Translations under genes and position numbers: made by a program
Notes under the pieces: generated by a model
Database searches by the model: none
Told to the model about the DNA's origin: nothing
Seen by the model: the letters and a program-made list of their open reading frames with translations, nothing else
Part shown: positions 52,901 to 64,000 of the stretch, piece by piece
How the letters are laid out: each line of letters opens with the position of its first letter
Numbering within the stretch: the first letter of the stretch is position 1
From: Balanoglossus misakiensis
Lineage: Eukaryota > Animalia > Hemichordata
Direction: 5' to 3'
DNA length: 64,000 nucleotides
Assembly: GCA_040954595.2 (NCBI GenBank)
Contig: CM082592.2
Span: 11,441,912 to 11,505,911, forward strand

Positions 52901-53705
52901 CATAGATAAATCCCAGTGGCAGAGGATAAATGCATGAAATTCAGAATGATAAAAGCTGGTTGTATTTTTGGAATAATTTTTGAAAGATGATTCTAACAAG
53001 TGTTGATGCAGCTGGGACATATGACATCATAATTAAAATTCTTTCATTGATCTGGAACCAGATATCGGTACAACAAAAAGAATTCATTTTATTTCCAATT
53101 TGAATCTTTGTATTACACATCACATCTCAATACTATCTTCTACATAAGCTTTTAACTCATATTAGTCATTCAAAAGGTAATGACTTTGATTTCATATGTG
53201 CATGTGTATCCAAGAACAAAACATTACACATTGAAAAGTTGCCAGTTTCAAACCTTCATATCTGTATGCATTAGACTAGAGTACAAACTGGTTGTGTTCT
53301 CCAATCAATGACTACTGATGACAATGGTGTTCTCAGTGAAAAACTAAACATGGTTGACATCACTGGATGAGAAAACTGAACACGTAGAAGCTGAGACTGG
53401 AACACATTGTGTCTTTGTAAATCACTGTGGCAGTGGGTATTTAATCGATGATATTCGAAACAAAATTGATCACTTTTTGACAGGCCAGTAGAAATCCCTG
53501 TAAAAATGTCTGAGTTCAATGTTCAAGGTATGGTGTCAGGTTGTTTCAGTATAACAACAAAAGCTGATTACAGAGCCTGTGGAAATAACCTGTGGATCTA
53601 CTGCCCAGTGGATTGTATGTGCCCAAATAAGTAGAATTACATCAAAAACTGTAATACACAACCATAGGGTTGGAGCAAAGGTAGCGGTAGCGGAAAACAG
53701 ACAAT

Positions 53706-53819
53706 CTACTCATCATCGTCATCATCATCTTCTTCTTCACTTGCATCACTACCTCCAGATTTCTCATCACCAGACGAAGATGGCGGCGTGCTAAGGATCT
53801 CCTCATCAGTTGGTAGATC
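53706..53819 (-). CDS. SSRP1: Terminal coding exon of SSRP1 (DLPTDEEILSTPPSSSGDEKSGGSDASEEEDDDDDDE*)
   Basis: Acceptor tccgacag|GAT, phase 0, matches the donor GAT|gtgagt at 62992. Ends in TAG at 53706. Missing from the ORF track because it is short. Candidate AATAAA (minus strand) at 53088-53093. Confidence 0.8.
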   Translation of the reverse strand, partial: DLPTDEEILSTPPSSSGDEKSGGSDASEEEDDDDDDE

Positions 53820-56800
53820 CTGTCGGATGTCAAAATGAGCAGGAAACGGTTACCAAGGTTACCATAGCATACAATACACAAGTCAAATATTTCAAGAATG
53901 ACCTTCTTTTCAGGTTTACCTGCAGTGTTACATCAAGACAGAGAGATGGGGTGATTCACCCTCTGTTGACATATTGGCACCCCCAGCGATTTGTCGAGGG
54001 ACGACCAAGCGCCACGTGGCCACAAGAAATGACGTCAGTCATAGTGACAAACATCAGTTGTTACAGATGCCAGATGAGTGGAATCTCCCTCCAAAAACAT
54101 TCCGGCGAACGGGGACACAAAGCGGGACAATCCCCTTTCATGATGCCACCTCAGCTAACTATACATGCCACCAGTTTGCAAGAATATTAATCTTTGCCAG
54201 CAAGAAGCTTTCAGACGTTTTCACTGAGAGACCTTTGTTACTGGGAAGATATTGCGAAATGAATGCAAGAAAAATGACAAAATAATCAACTTTACATCAA
54301 ATTATGAGATTTAAATGACCACTATCAGATAGTTTATGTTTGAGAAGTGTCCTTATTGTTTACACGCCAATAATCTTATCACCCTACAAATAATTATTAA
54401 ACAAACATGGGGAACAGTGACCCAAATTAAAACCCAAGGTTTGTACAATGCCATGGTACCTATGACTGAGAGACCACTGTAACCTTGAAAAGACTAAACT
54501 GGTGACCTTAAAACCTATTTGAACCACCTGTGAAGTTCAAGTCTATGTATTTGTCAAGTGCAAACTTGTTCTGTGTTGGAATTCTACCAGTTCATGTTAG
54601 AAATATTATTAGACATTTTTGACAAGCATACACAATATCTCTTGGTTTCAATGTGCAGTATAAATGTCGGCTTGTGTCCATGTGAGCCCATGTGGTTGTG
54701 ATGGAAACAGCGACTGAACATTTACACCAGTACATACTGTTGCCACGGTGACATATGTACCTTTGGTGCGATGACGACAAACAATTTTACAAAACACCAA
54801 CTCTGAGAGATTACATATCCAAATTTCCATAATCTGAAACAGCTTGCATTGAAATTTCTACAATAAAGCATATTCTTTCTATTTTGTAATAAAAAGAATG
54901 ATGAACCCATTTCGTATAAACATCCAAAAAGAGCAGACTGGAGGAAATGTAGAAAAAGTGTTCAAACATCGGATGCAAAGCTGTAAGATCAAAGCGTTTA
55001 TGGCCTGGAACATCTTGATCCTGTGTAATGTTTATTTCCCTTGTACAAGTTCCCTATCCTCATCAATTTTTTTTTGATGTCAACCACTTCATGTCAATGT
55101 CCTTTACTTGAATTTCACAGTTTAATGTCAGTCGTGATAATTTAAGAGAAAATGTCAGAAACATACCAGGTGGTGCCACAAACCTACAAATGATTAGATA
55201 CAACACAGCTAATCGGATGATGGGGGTGCTACCACAATCTGTCACAACCCAATTCAAAGCTGGCATGACCTTTGGGAAAGTTATTTTGCTGAGTTGGCAG
55301 ATTTTGGAGACTCACTGCTAGATCAAAACTGATATACAATTCTCACTAGTTTCCCTTCATTCCTGTGAATATCTACACTGATGCTGTCCAGAACTTAACA
55401 CTCTTTTGATGCCTTGTTGAAATTTATGCTCAGCTTGACGACAAAAGCCTGTGCACATACCAGTGCATTGCTCCTGTTAACACTAGATTAAGAGAAGCAA
55501 GTTTGAAATGAATCGTCACAAACAATTTTAGTCAAGTCCTCTAAGTTAGAGTGCATGCAGTGATCAACATGTTCTTTTCCAATAAATTTGACATCTGTCA
55601 ATCACAAGTCTTTATGGTCCTATTTTTCAAAACTGTTGGTAGGAATCTTATCTTCACACATACATGTCATGACCCACCTTGGCAGACGTACAACACAGAA
55701 AATAACTGTTTTTTTTTAACATTTCCATGGAAACCAGACCATACAGAAACTCACAAAGTACACGGGAAGTGTTTGAAATTACACAGATTACAATTACTAG
55801 AACACATGCTACATTGATGAAAGTTTGAGTTGGGGGAAAGCCCAGAAAAAGAGTTTTGGACAGAAAACTTTGTCCAGGTGAAATTCATATCTTATCTGTG
55901 ATTATCCAACGACTCAAATGAGTGGAGATTACGTAAATTTGTCACTGTCACTAGTGAAGCAGTCTTGATAAACCTGGACAGAACAATTGTGGGTGATGTG
56001 AGTTTATGAGATAATTAGCCCCAAACAGCCTTGGAGTGGACAATGCATGTCTAGATAACGTACCTGCACAAAGTATGGATATATAAATCATACTCTTTAT
56101 AAAGTGTAATGATCTTTTGGTCAATCAATATGATGACTTGTTGCCTGTGGATATCTTAGTCCCTACAAATGCTCCAACATGGAATATGGCCAATGGAATA
56201 ATGCCATCCAATAGTCTAAGGACAAGAGTCACCAGACAAATTAATATCATATCTGTATAACCTTTCCTCTAATTAGTTCTACACTGTACACAGACATAAA
56301 ACATTTACATTTACATGTTAGGTAAACAGCTTTTGTGATTTTTAAAACCCTTTTACCACTGTGTGTAATCCAGGTATTCTTTAGACATGTGATGCAGCAA
56401 TTTAAAGCTTAAATCCCCCCCCCCTGCGTGTTGTCTGATCACATTGCGGATTTTAGACAGTCATGTGATGTATTTGAAACAGACAAAAACATCTTTTATT
56501 CCCCAGCAACCATGTAAATGCAACTGCTGTTTCATTCTTTTGGAATATTTTATTTGTATTGAGCAGGCATTACAGCGAGAAAAAATACTACAGCAATTTA
56601 AAATGCTGACGCAATGTGGTTCAGGTAATTGATTCATAACATCCAAGATGGCCAACTCATAATGATAAAAATACCAGTGTGTAATGCTAGGGAATAGACA
56701 TGGCAAAACAACATCAGATGCAATTGCATCAGCAAATGCTTATAACGCAAGTCTACTGCTGATGCAATCTATGGGTATAAACAGTAAATTCTAATGGCCG

Positions 56801-59800
56801 TTTTTAACATGGCTCTTGTGTGAACTTTCATTCTGTTTTTTTTATTGGCCCAAGTTGATGTCACACTCAGCAGATCAATAATGCTATTCAACTGACGTGA
56901 TTCTGTACAGCTTAAATCAATGCATGTAAAAATGCAATTTACCACCTTCAATGAATTTAAAAATAGTTTTATGGCACCAAAAGTGTGTCAATGCTGTATG
57001 TGGGTGAAGTCTCGAATGAGAATGATGGACTTGCCAAGCTTCTGTCAAAGGACTCGACCTGCACAGATAACAACACAACAGTCAAGAAGGGGCTACAATA
57101 AATAACAAATGATGATGCTATTCATCAATTATTTCAATACAGAACCTGGAGGGGGACATCTGATGTAAACATAGATGAGAACGTACCAGACAGTGACATA
57201 ATATTATGACACAGTGGACACATCTCTATGCTGAAATTAACAACATTCTTTTCAGAAATATATTACGGTAACATTTCCCAAATCATGCAAATACAATGTA
57301 CAACCAAAGTCCAAAAGATCTTATATCAAAACATCATACATGCCCACTCTCACAGAATTTTTACCAAATGTGTTGCAAGGCAATCTCGTGTTTTGATACG
57401 ATTTGATCCAGCAGATATTATTAACCAGGTATGTCGCTCAGTATCTTGTTTCATTGCCGGGGTCCAATATTCGCTGCAACTGCACAGATGCATGAGAACA
57501 CTTTGCACAGACAACGCCAAACAGATCTGGTCACGGACACCTCTAGCTCTCTACGATACTGAGATTATCCCAGGCACCTGGATTTCACACAAACACATTA
57601 GCTGTGACCCTGGGAAAGCATCAACTTAACTCAAGCCCCAGGCACTCAAGTATTCCCTTTATGGTTCCTATGCAGTGAAGATTAGCAGATTATGTCTGGA
57701 AATATCTATAATTTTGCAAACTATTGGCTGCTTACTGTCTTTTTCCTACCTGACAATTTATCTCTCAAAAATAAACGAAAAGTGTGAAGGAATTTGTTTG
57801 TGTCTCTCTCTCTGTAGTGCACACACACCTGCACGGACACACGGACACACACACGCACTCACCTGCACATGCACACACAGCCGCACAACATACCAGTTCA
57901 GTTTATAAGACAAGAAATGATAATTCTCCATGAGATCAATTGTAATAGTTAATACATAGCAAGTGAGACAGAACTATATCCAGAAATAACACCAGGAGGC
58001 ACAAAAGCCTACAGATTCTTCTTACAAACCATTGAACTGAAAAGACTAATCTCCCATTTTCGGCTGCCCTGGGAATCTCCATCAGAAATGCACTTAACAT
58101 AGACCTTGACCTAGGAAGGATGTTGACAGGCAACAGTCAATGTGGACCTAGATTGATCTGAGGGCAGCACACAACTACATCCATTGTTTGCATGATAGTC
58201 TCCAGGTCTGTCCTAACGCATGCCGTCTCTATACAGGAAAACCATCGATGCATGATTTTAATTTGAGGAAAGTCTTTCATTTCAAATGAATGCCAAAAGG
58301 GGCTGATACAGGACATTTCACCTGAACCTGAATGTCTTGTTTGTCGCAGCAACACTTACATGTATGCAGCTTCAAAATCTCCTTAGGAGACGTCACCTGT
58401 TTGTCCCGAGCTCCTTGAGAGTCTCTGCAACACCAACACTCAGCCCCTCCCCTCTTAAAATTAAACTAACTGTAAACCATCATATTTGCACAATGCTGAC
58501 AGTAAAAAAAGTTTCAATCTATCTGTAACACAACTGTAGTCTCTACAAGGACGTTTATATAATCTGTTCTGAGAGTTCATTGCCCTGCTTCACAGCAAAG
58601 TCTAATGCAGTTTCCCAGTGGCTTGCATTTTATCCTTATTTCAAAGCGCTTGGGCCAAAATGAGGAGTGAAAACAATGAGTTGAACCAAACCATGGTGGT
58701 AAAAAGGCAAAATGAAGTCTGTCACTTTAACTTGTATGTATTCATATCCATTTGTTCAGTTGGACGACAGAAACATTCCCATCTCTACAAAATGGTAAAG
58801 CTAAACAATTGATGGACTAATAGTATCTTTCTGCCATCCCTTGTGAGTATGGGGTACGGGTCAGACACACATTAATCCCTGGTGTGCGTGTGGGGTTGTG
58901 GTGAATGTGGGGTATGGGTCAGATAGTGTTATCCCTAGTGACGTGGGTTGCACACATGTGTAGTCCACATGTCTGTAACTTTTGTGATAAAAATGTGGCC
59001 CGAGTGACGTGTCACTCCGGACTCTTGACAGAATATGACCAAATATGCCAATCTGATGTCCTTTTCACGTCCTATCAAAAAGTCAATATGTTTTAATTTT
59101 TGTACAAGGTTTTGGAGTGATAAAAACCATTCACCAACGACGCAGCGTGCATGCTATTGTCATAAATAAAGAGGCGACTTTGTTCCGAATCCAAAGTTTC
59201 GGTTAATGGGACCAGTCAGCTGTCATGTGATAACAAAAGGTAAATATGAACAATCAGAAAAACAAATTGACAGAAGATATGCGCTGCCAATTTGAATACC
59301 ACATGTAAAAAACAAAACTTTGATAAATAACTTGAAAAGTTGCTTGCGTCAGAAAGCACTCTTCCAATGGCACAATCAACTGATGAGATCATGCTCTAAT
59401 TTGGAACTGCGCTCGGATATTAAATGTTAATGGAAACAACCTAAACAACAATTATGATTAATGAGTTTTATTTGCATATAACTGTATGAATGTCATGTGT
59501 CCATTCTACTGTGTGTCTGCCATTGTTTCAGGGACTTGTTTTATGGGCACTTAAAGAATGGACTGATGCATTGTACATGTAAGTGGTGCAGGCCATTATG
59601 CAAGTGTTACGTTACAAGTTCAGATTATGTCAGTTTAAAAGACCAACTGTGTGCAAATCAGACAATGGAGTGAGCACTCAGATGAAACCAATAATCACGG
59701 TCACTCCACACATTGCCTATTTCTTACATTTCCGAGTCCCTGATAGAGTCGCCAAGCTGCAACTGTCATATGGCTGATACACAGCACAAGACTTATAAAG

Positions 59801-62800
59801 TGCAGTGTGTCTGGTTTTTGATCTGGAAATGGAGACATACCGGTAGTTACAAAATCTTGTCTTTAAGACTCTGCTATCTCAACCACGCTGCACAGAAGTC
59901 TCACAGAACAGAAAGTGTTCGCTCAATGAGATTTGATCAGTCAGCTGTTTTCACTAGGTCATCCAGGCTCATCAAAACACAACAGCCATCTATTGTATTT
60001 AAATTAAGCTCAAGCTCATTAAAAAATGAGGTTATACCACACACAATAACATGTTATTGTCCAGTGAAATGGAATTTAGGTTTAAGTGCGGCAGGGCTCA
60101 AATAACACCACCTGGTGATAAATTGTGAGGAACGTTAAATGTAGTTAAGTAGGCCAACTTGTCGCGAGCAAATAAATTATGCAATTATAGCTATATTCAT
60201 TGAAAGGAACATGCTCTGTCAATTCACCAATCTTCATGCTACATCTCTGAGAAAATCTTGATTTCGTTTCAAATTCTGACTCAGATGAACTGAAGACATA
60301 TCTTTGTGTCAAATCTACATCTCTTCCATGTAAATAGAACAATTCTCTTATACACTAAAGATTTTTTTATCAGACAGTGGAGTATTTCTATTGTGTGAAA
60401 GGGCATGTTGACACATCATAAATATACTTGATTTAATTTCACTATCAACTATAAATGAGATCGAATAGATCATGCGAACAGTTGCTTTACTTTGTCTCTC
60501 AGTGATTACAGTTGAATTTCAGAGATTCTAATGCGTTTATGTCACTGCACTGTGCACATTCAAATTTCAACAAACTGATTACAGCAAATACCTGAGTATA
60601 ATTACATAACCTACTGATTTGATTGATGATTGATTCCAACATATATGCGGGCAAGGCCTTTTTTAAAATCAGAAGTCGACTGTGGCAGCCAGCTGATCAG
60701 ATTCTGGGGTAAAAATCTCTGAGACATTTTTGGCTTTTATCGTCAGAAAGAGCAATCCACTACCTGATGAAAAGAGAATTTTGACCTTCACTTTTCACAA
60801 ATATATGTCACGGTCATTTGTAGTCCGAAATGTTCCGATGTCATGAGATTTATTTTATTTTCACTGATTACCACAAGCAGCCCATGAATAGTGCTTGAGT
60901 CATCTGATAAAATGAAATTGGTTTTATATCATTGGTTATAAGTAGGTGCTTACATTCCTTTGTGGGTAAGGGGGAGGGGGGAACAGAGTTCAACTAAAGG
61001 TTGGATTAGTTTAGGGTGGGGATAGAACTGGGCTAGGCTGGGGTTGGGTGAGGGTCGCCCTTGAGTTGATCTTGTCCAGGATGGACAAAAGTTTCTCTTC
61101 GTCCTAACCAGACTTAATATTCAACTACTTGCAGCTGACAAAACTTAGTCCATTTCCACACGACAGACAACACCTGAGGAAGTGACAATTTTAGTTCAAT
61201 GGTAACTCCTTTGCCGAATCCTCTCCCTTTGAGACTCCGAAGTGCTTTCCCTTGAAACAACCGCTTGAGTTTTCATTTTATAGTGATTTATATTTCAACA
61301 TACCTGGAATAGCAAAGAGATAATCTGAAAAATAAAAACTGTCAAGTGAATCGACATGATCTGATGAACTTGGCCATAAAACCATAAAAGTATTTTTTCT
61401 CTCTCCCATATTTGGTGGTCCAAAATCACGAACATGTAGGTCACCACTGAGACCTACATATTTAAATCACAGGATCTTATCTCAATGGCAACTCCAGGAG
61501 TTGTTTATGGATGGCATAAAACACAAAGTGCCGTGGTAGGCGATTTTGTTTTGCTTGTTCCACTCATGTACGTCATATTGTAAAATCCATTTCCTTTGTT
61601 TATCTAGTTTTCAGGGCCATTTACTGCATAGTTCAGGGCTTCCAATGTGAGTAGAAGTCTCTTTATTTGTTGGAAGACCTTTGCGTTTGGCATAATGGCA
61701 AGACATCCCCAAAAGACATGAACCTGTACCGAGTGTGTGCAGTATCAAACCTTACAGTGCTTGACTTGTGATGTGTTTTGGGGGATGGGGGTGTGTCTGG
61801 GGGATGAAATGCATGAACTTTTAAATCTGGAACACACAGAGCTAGGGACATGGCATCAGAGGGCAAAGCTGTGAATGATAGAGACAAATTATGCAACACA
61901 TCCTCACAGTCATGCTATCGAAAGACTAAAGGACTTTGAATGAATATAAACCCATACCAAATCACCTTTTTGATGAGATTGTGATATTTGAGTTTTGATG
62001 CAAAGCAAATAAGACCCACAATAATTGTCTACTTCTCAATGTGGTCACTTAAGATCTACAATTGTGGGATTGATGTACGTTATATAATATTTCAAGACAG
62101 TTAATATCCTCTTTCAGCAGAGAGGCCCATTTATGATTATCAAGTCAGTGAGGAGGGTGAACTCAGTAATAGTACTGGTCAGACTCAATGATACTTTCAT
62201 TGTCTACACGAATAAAAAAAGAAGAAATGTATCACAATATTCACACATAATACAGCTGTTTTTTAAATTGAATCATGTTCAGTTTTGAAATCTAACGCCT
62301 ATTGATAACTCATAAATATGTATGCTTAGTGCAGGCATTGTATGCAAATTGTTTCGCAGCCTTGGGGAGAGAACAGCGCCATCTATGTTGATTTATGAAA
62401 AGTAGAAGGTCAATTTTATCAAGTAAGCCAAGGCCATCAAATGAAAAAACAAAAATCCATAAAAAAAAATCAAGGCCTTTGTAAGCATACACTCTTTAGG
62501 TGACCTATCTCTGAGGTTGTTACAAACTCCTAGATCCATGTGCTTTTTACTATTTTCAAAAAATTATGAACAGTGAGGGCTTTATAACCCTGTAGGAGTA
62601 TGGTACGATATTTAAAATATGTTTGAGATTGTCATGTTTCAAGTAATGTAGCCTTGGCAGCACTGTCAAGGTTGTCAAAGCTGACATGACTGGGCCATAA
62701 ATTCAACATTCACCTGTGTATATGCATTTATAGCATCAAGATAACACAAGTTATACAAAGAAATGAAGGATGATTGTGTTGGGTTTTTGCTGTGTCAGAA

Positions 62801-63955
62801 GAATGCTTGACTGAGTGAAGCAGCTGTCTAAATGACGAAACATTAAATTATCACTTGCGCCCTCAAGAGGCAAATTCTACCCTCCCTTGAAAATGAAGTT
62901 GTTTCCATACCAACAATTTAAATAATATGGACTACCCACCCAGTAGTAATTGGGCCCTGAAAAAAAACACTGAGAAAGTAAGACTACTCACATCATCTTC
63001 ATCTTTCTCTTTCTTTGACTTGCTTGGTTTCAATGGTTTATCATCAGATGATATGGATGACTCTGATTCAGACGATTCACTGGAAATGTATTCTTTACTC
63101 TTGTAGTTGGTGCCACTTCCTGCTTTGGATGGCGATTTCTGGAGCTTCTTCTCAGCGGCCTTCGATCTGGTGAGAAGATGCCGATATAATGCTCGTGAGA
63201 AGTTTTCACTACTTGGGTTTTCTACATTTGCTCTGCTTTCGCTTGACAATTACCACAAAATCCCATTACAATAAAGTTGATGTGTGGTTTGCTTTCTACA
63301 TGGAAAATCTTCTCTGATGAAAAGTTTCGCCACTTCCTCACGTGGCAGGCTTTGACAGGTTTCTATCAACCATGCGATTGGATCGTATATTTACCGTTTC
63401 TCTTTTCTGGGTTTCTTGGGTCTCCCAGCATCGCTACTACCACCACCACCACGATCACCTTCATCATCATCATCATCTTCATCATCTTGTGGTCTGGACT
63501 TGTACTCCTCCATTGCTATTTCATATTCAGCTCTCAGTTCCTTGGCTCTGGCTACAAAACCCTGCAAATAATAGCAATCATTATGCATTATTTCCAAGAC
63601 CCAAACTGTAAGTTCCAAGAATGAAACCTGTTCTTTCCAGGAACAAAAAAACAGGCGGTAGCTCACAAAGAAACAATTAATAAATGCACTCCAACCAGAC
63701 ATGACTGGTATGTCCACACCCCCTGCTGCAAGACAAAACCCGAACACAAATATTTCGTACCTCTTTATCCTTCTCGGACATGCCACTCCACAACTCCCCT
63801 CCTCGCTTTGTTACCTCGGCGACAGACATTCCAGGCCTTTCCTTCTTTATCTTTTCCCTGTTTTCGTTCAGGAACAGGAAGTAGGCAGTGGTTGGTCTCT
63901 TGGGTCTGTTGGGATCTTTTTCCTGCTTCTTGCGTTTCTTTCGTGGTTTCTCCGA
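53706..63955 (-). CDS. SSRP1: FACT complex subunit SSRP1, 3' part (HMG box and acidic/Ser-rich tail); gene continues beyond the window
   Basis: Exons 63955-63761 (KDPNRPKRPTTAYFLFLNENREKIK...GELW, HMG box), 63561-63395, 63166-62992 (YKSKEYISSESSES, matching the SSRP1 FKSKEFVSS signature) and terminal exon 53819-53706 (EEILSTPPSSS...DE*, matching the SSRP1 C-terminal STPPSS). All junctions are GT-AG and phase-consistent. Confidence 0.9.
56716..56768. promoter_or_regulatory. Paired C/EBP-ATF (ATF4) amino-acid response elements in a 12-bp inverted repeat
   Basis: ATTGCATCA (56723-56731) and TGATGCAAT (56760-56768), plus a one-mismatch AGATGCAAT (56716-56724). Confidence 0.4.
58850..58950 (+). 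repeat. Imperfect two-copy tandem duplication (~58-bp unit)
   Basis: tggggtacgggtcaga...atccctggtg...gggttg is repeated as tggggtatgggtcaga...atccctagtg...gggttg. Confidence 0.6.
61030..61054 (+). other. Canonical G-quadruplex-forming motif
   Basis: GGG-CTAGGCT-GGGG-TT-GGG-TGA-GGG fits (G3+N1-7)3G3+, within a G-rich tract at ~60963-61054. Confidence 0.5.
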
Positions 63956-64000
63956 CTGGAAAACAAACATAGCAGACCAGGTTTTTGAATTTGCTTTCTG

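Noticed and set aside
53820-62991. Nested protein-coding gene or C/D snoRNA cluster in the SSRP1 intron
   Set aside because: The ORFs are short with random composition, and I found no properly spaced RTGATGA...CTGA pairs with terminal stems on the host strand.
1-64000. CRISPR arrays, prokaryotic defence operons, autonomous transposons
   Set aside because: No regularly spaced repeats, operon structure, or RT/transposase ORFs. The sequence is spliceosomal-intron animal DNA.

Overview
This is eukaryotic, intron-rich, AT-rich animal DNA. Gene content and style suggest an invertebrate deuterostome such as a hemichordate, echinoderm or amphioxus, but that is inference. I see no prokaryotic operons, CRISPR arrays, rRNA or tRNA genes. 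Five genes were assembled by hand from GT-AG boundaries and codon phase. (1) A two-exon type II membrane O-fucosyltransferase-family gene (+, 1521-2843) that stops before its second catalytic domain. (2) A roughly 1350-aa TNKS1BP1/KIAA1671-family actin-associated scaffold (-, about 5.2-18.8 kb), with an N-terminus rich in endocytic motifs and two arrays of short Trp-containing repeats. (3) An intron-poor class C GPCR of the metabotropic glutamate receptor type (+, 27201-30543). (4) An 11-coding-exon SLC43A1/2 (LAT3/LAT4) amino-acid transporter (-, 37614-45053). (5) The 3' end of SSRP1, a FACT subunit (-), whose last coding exon lies 9.2 kb beyond the HMG-box exons. The most notable signal is that TNKS1BP1-like, SLC43 and SSRP1 are linked and co-oriented, as their human homologues are at 11q12.1. 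The oversized SSRP1 last intron carries paired ATF4-type amino-acid-response elements upstream of the SLC43 promoter, which suggests an ancient cis-regulatory block. All homology calls come from remembered motifs, not database searches.
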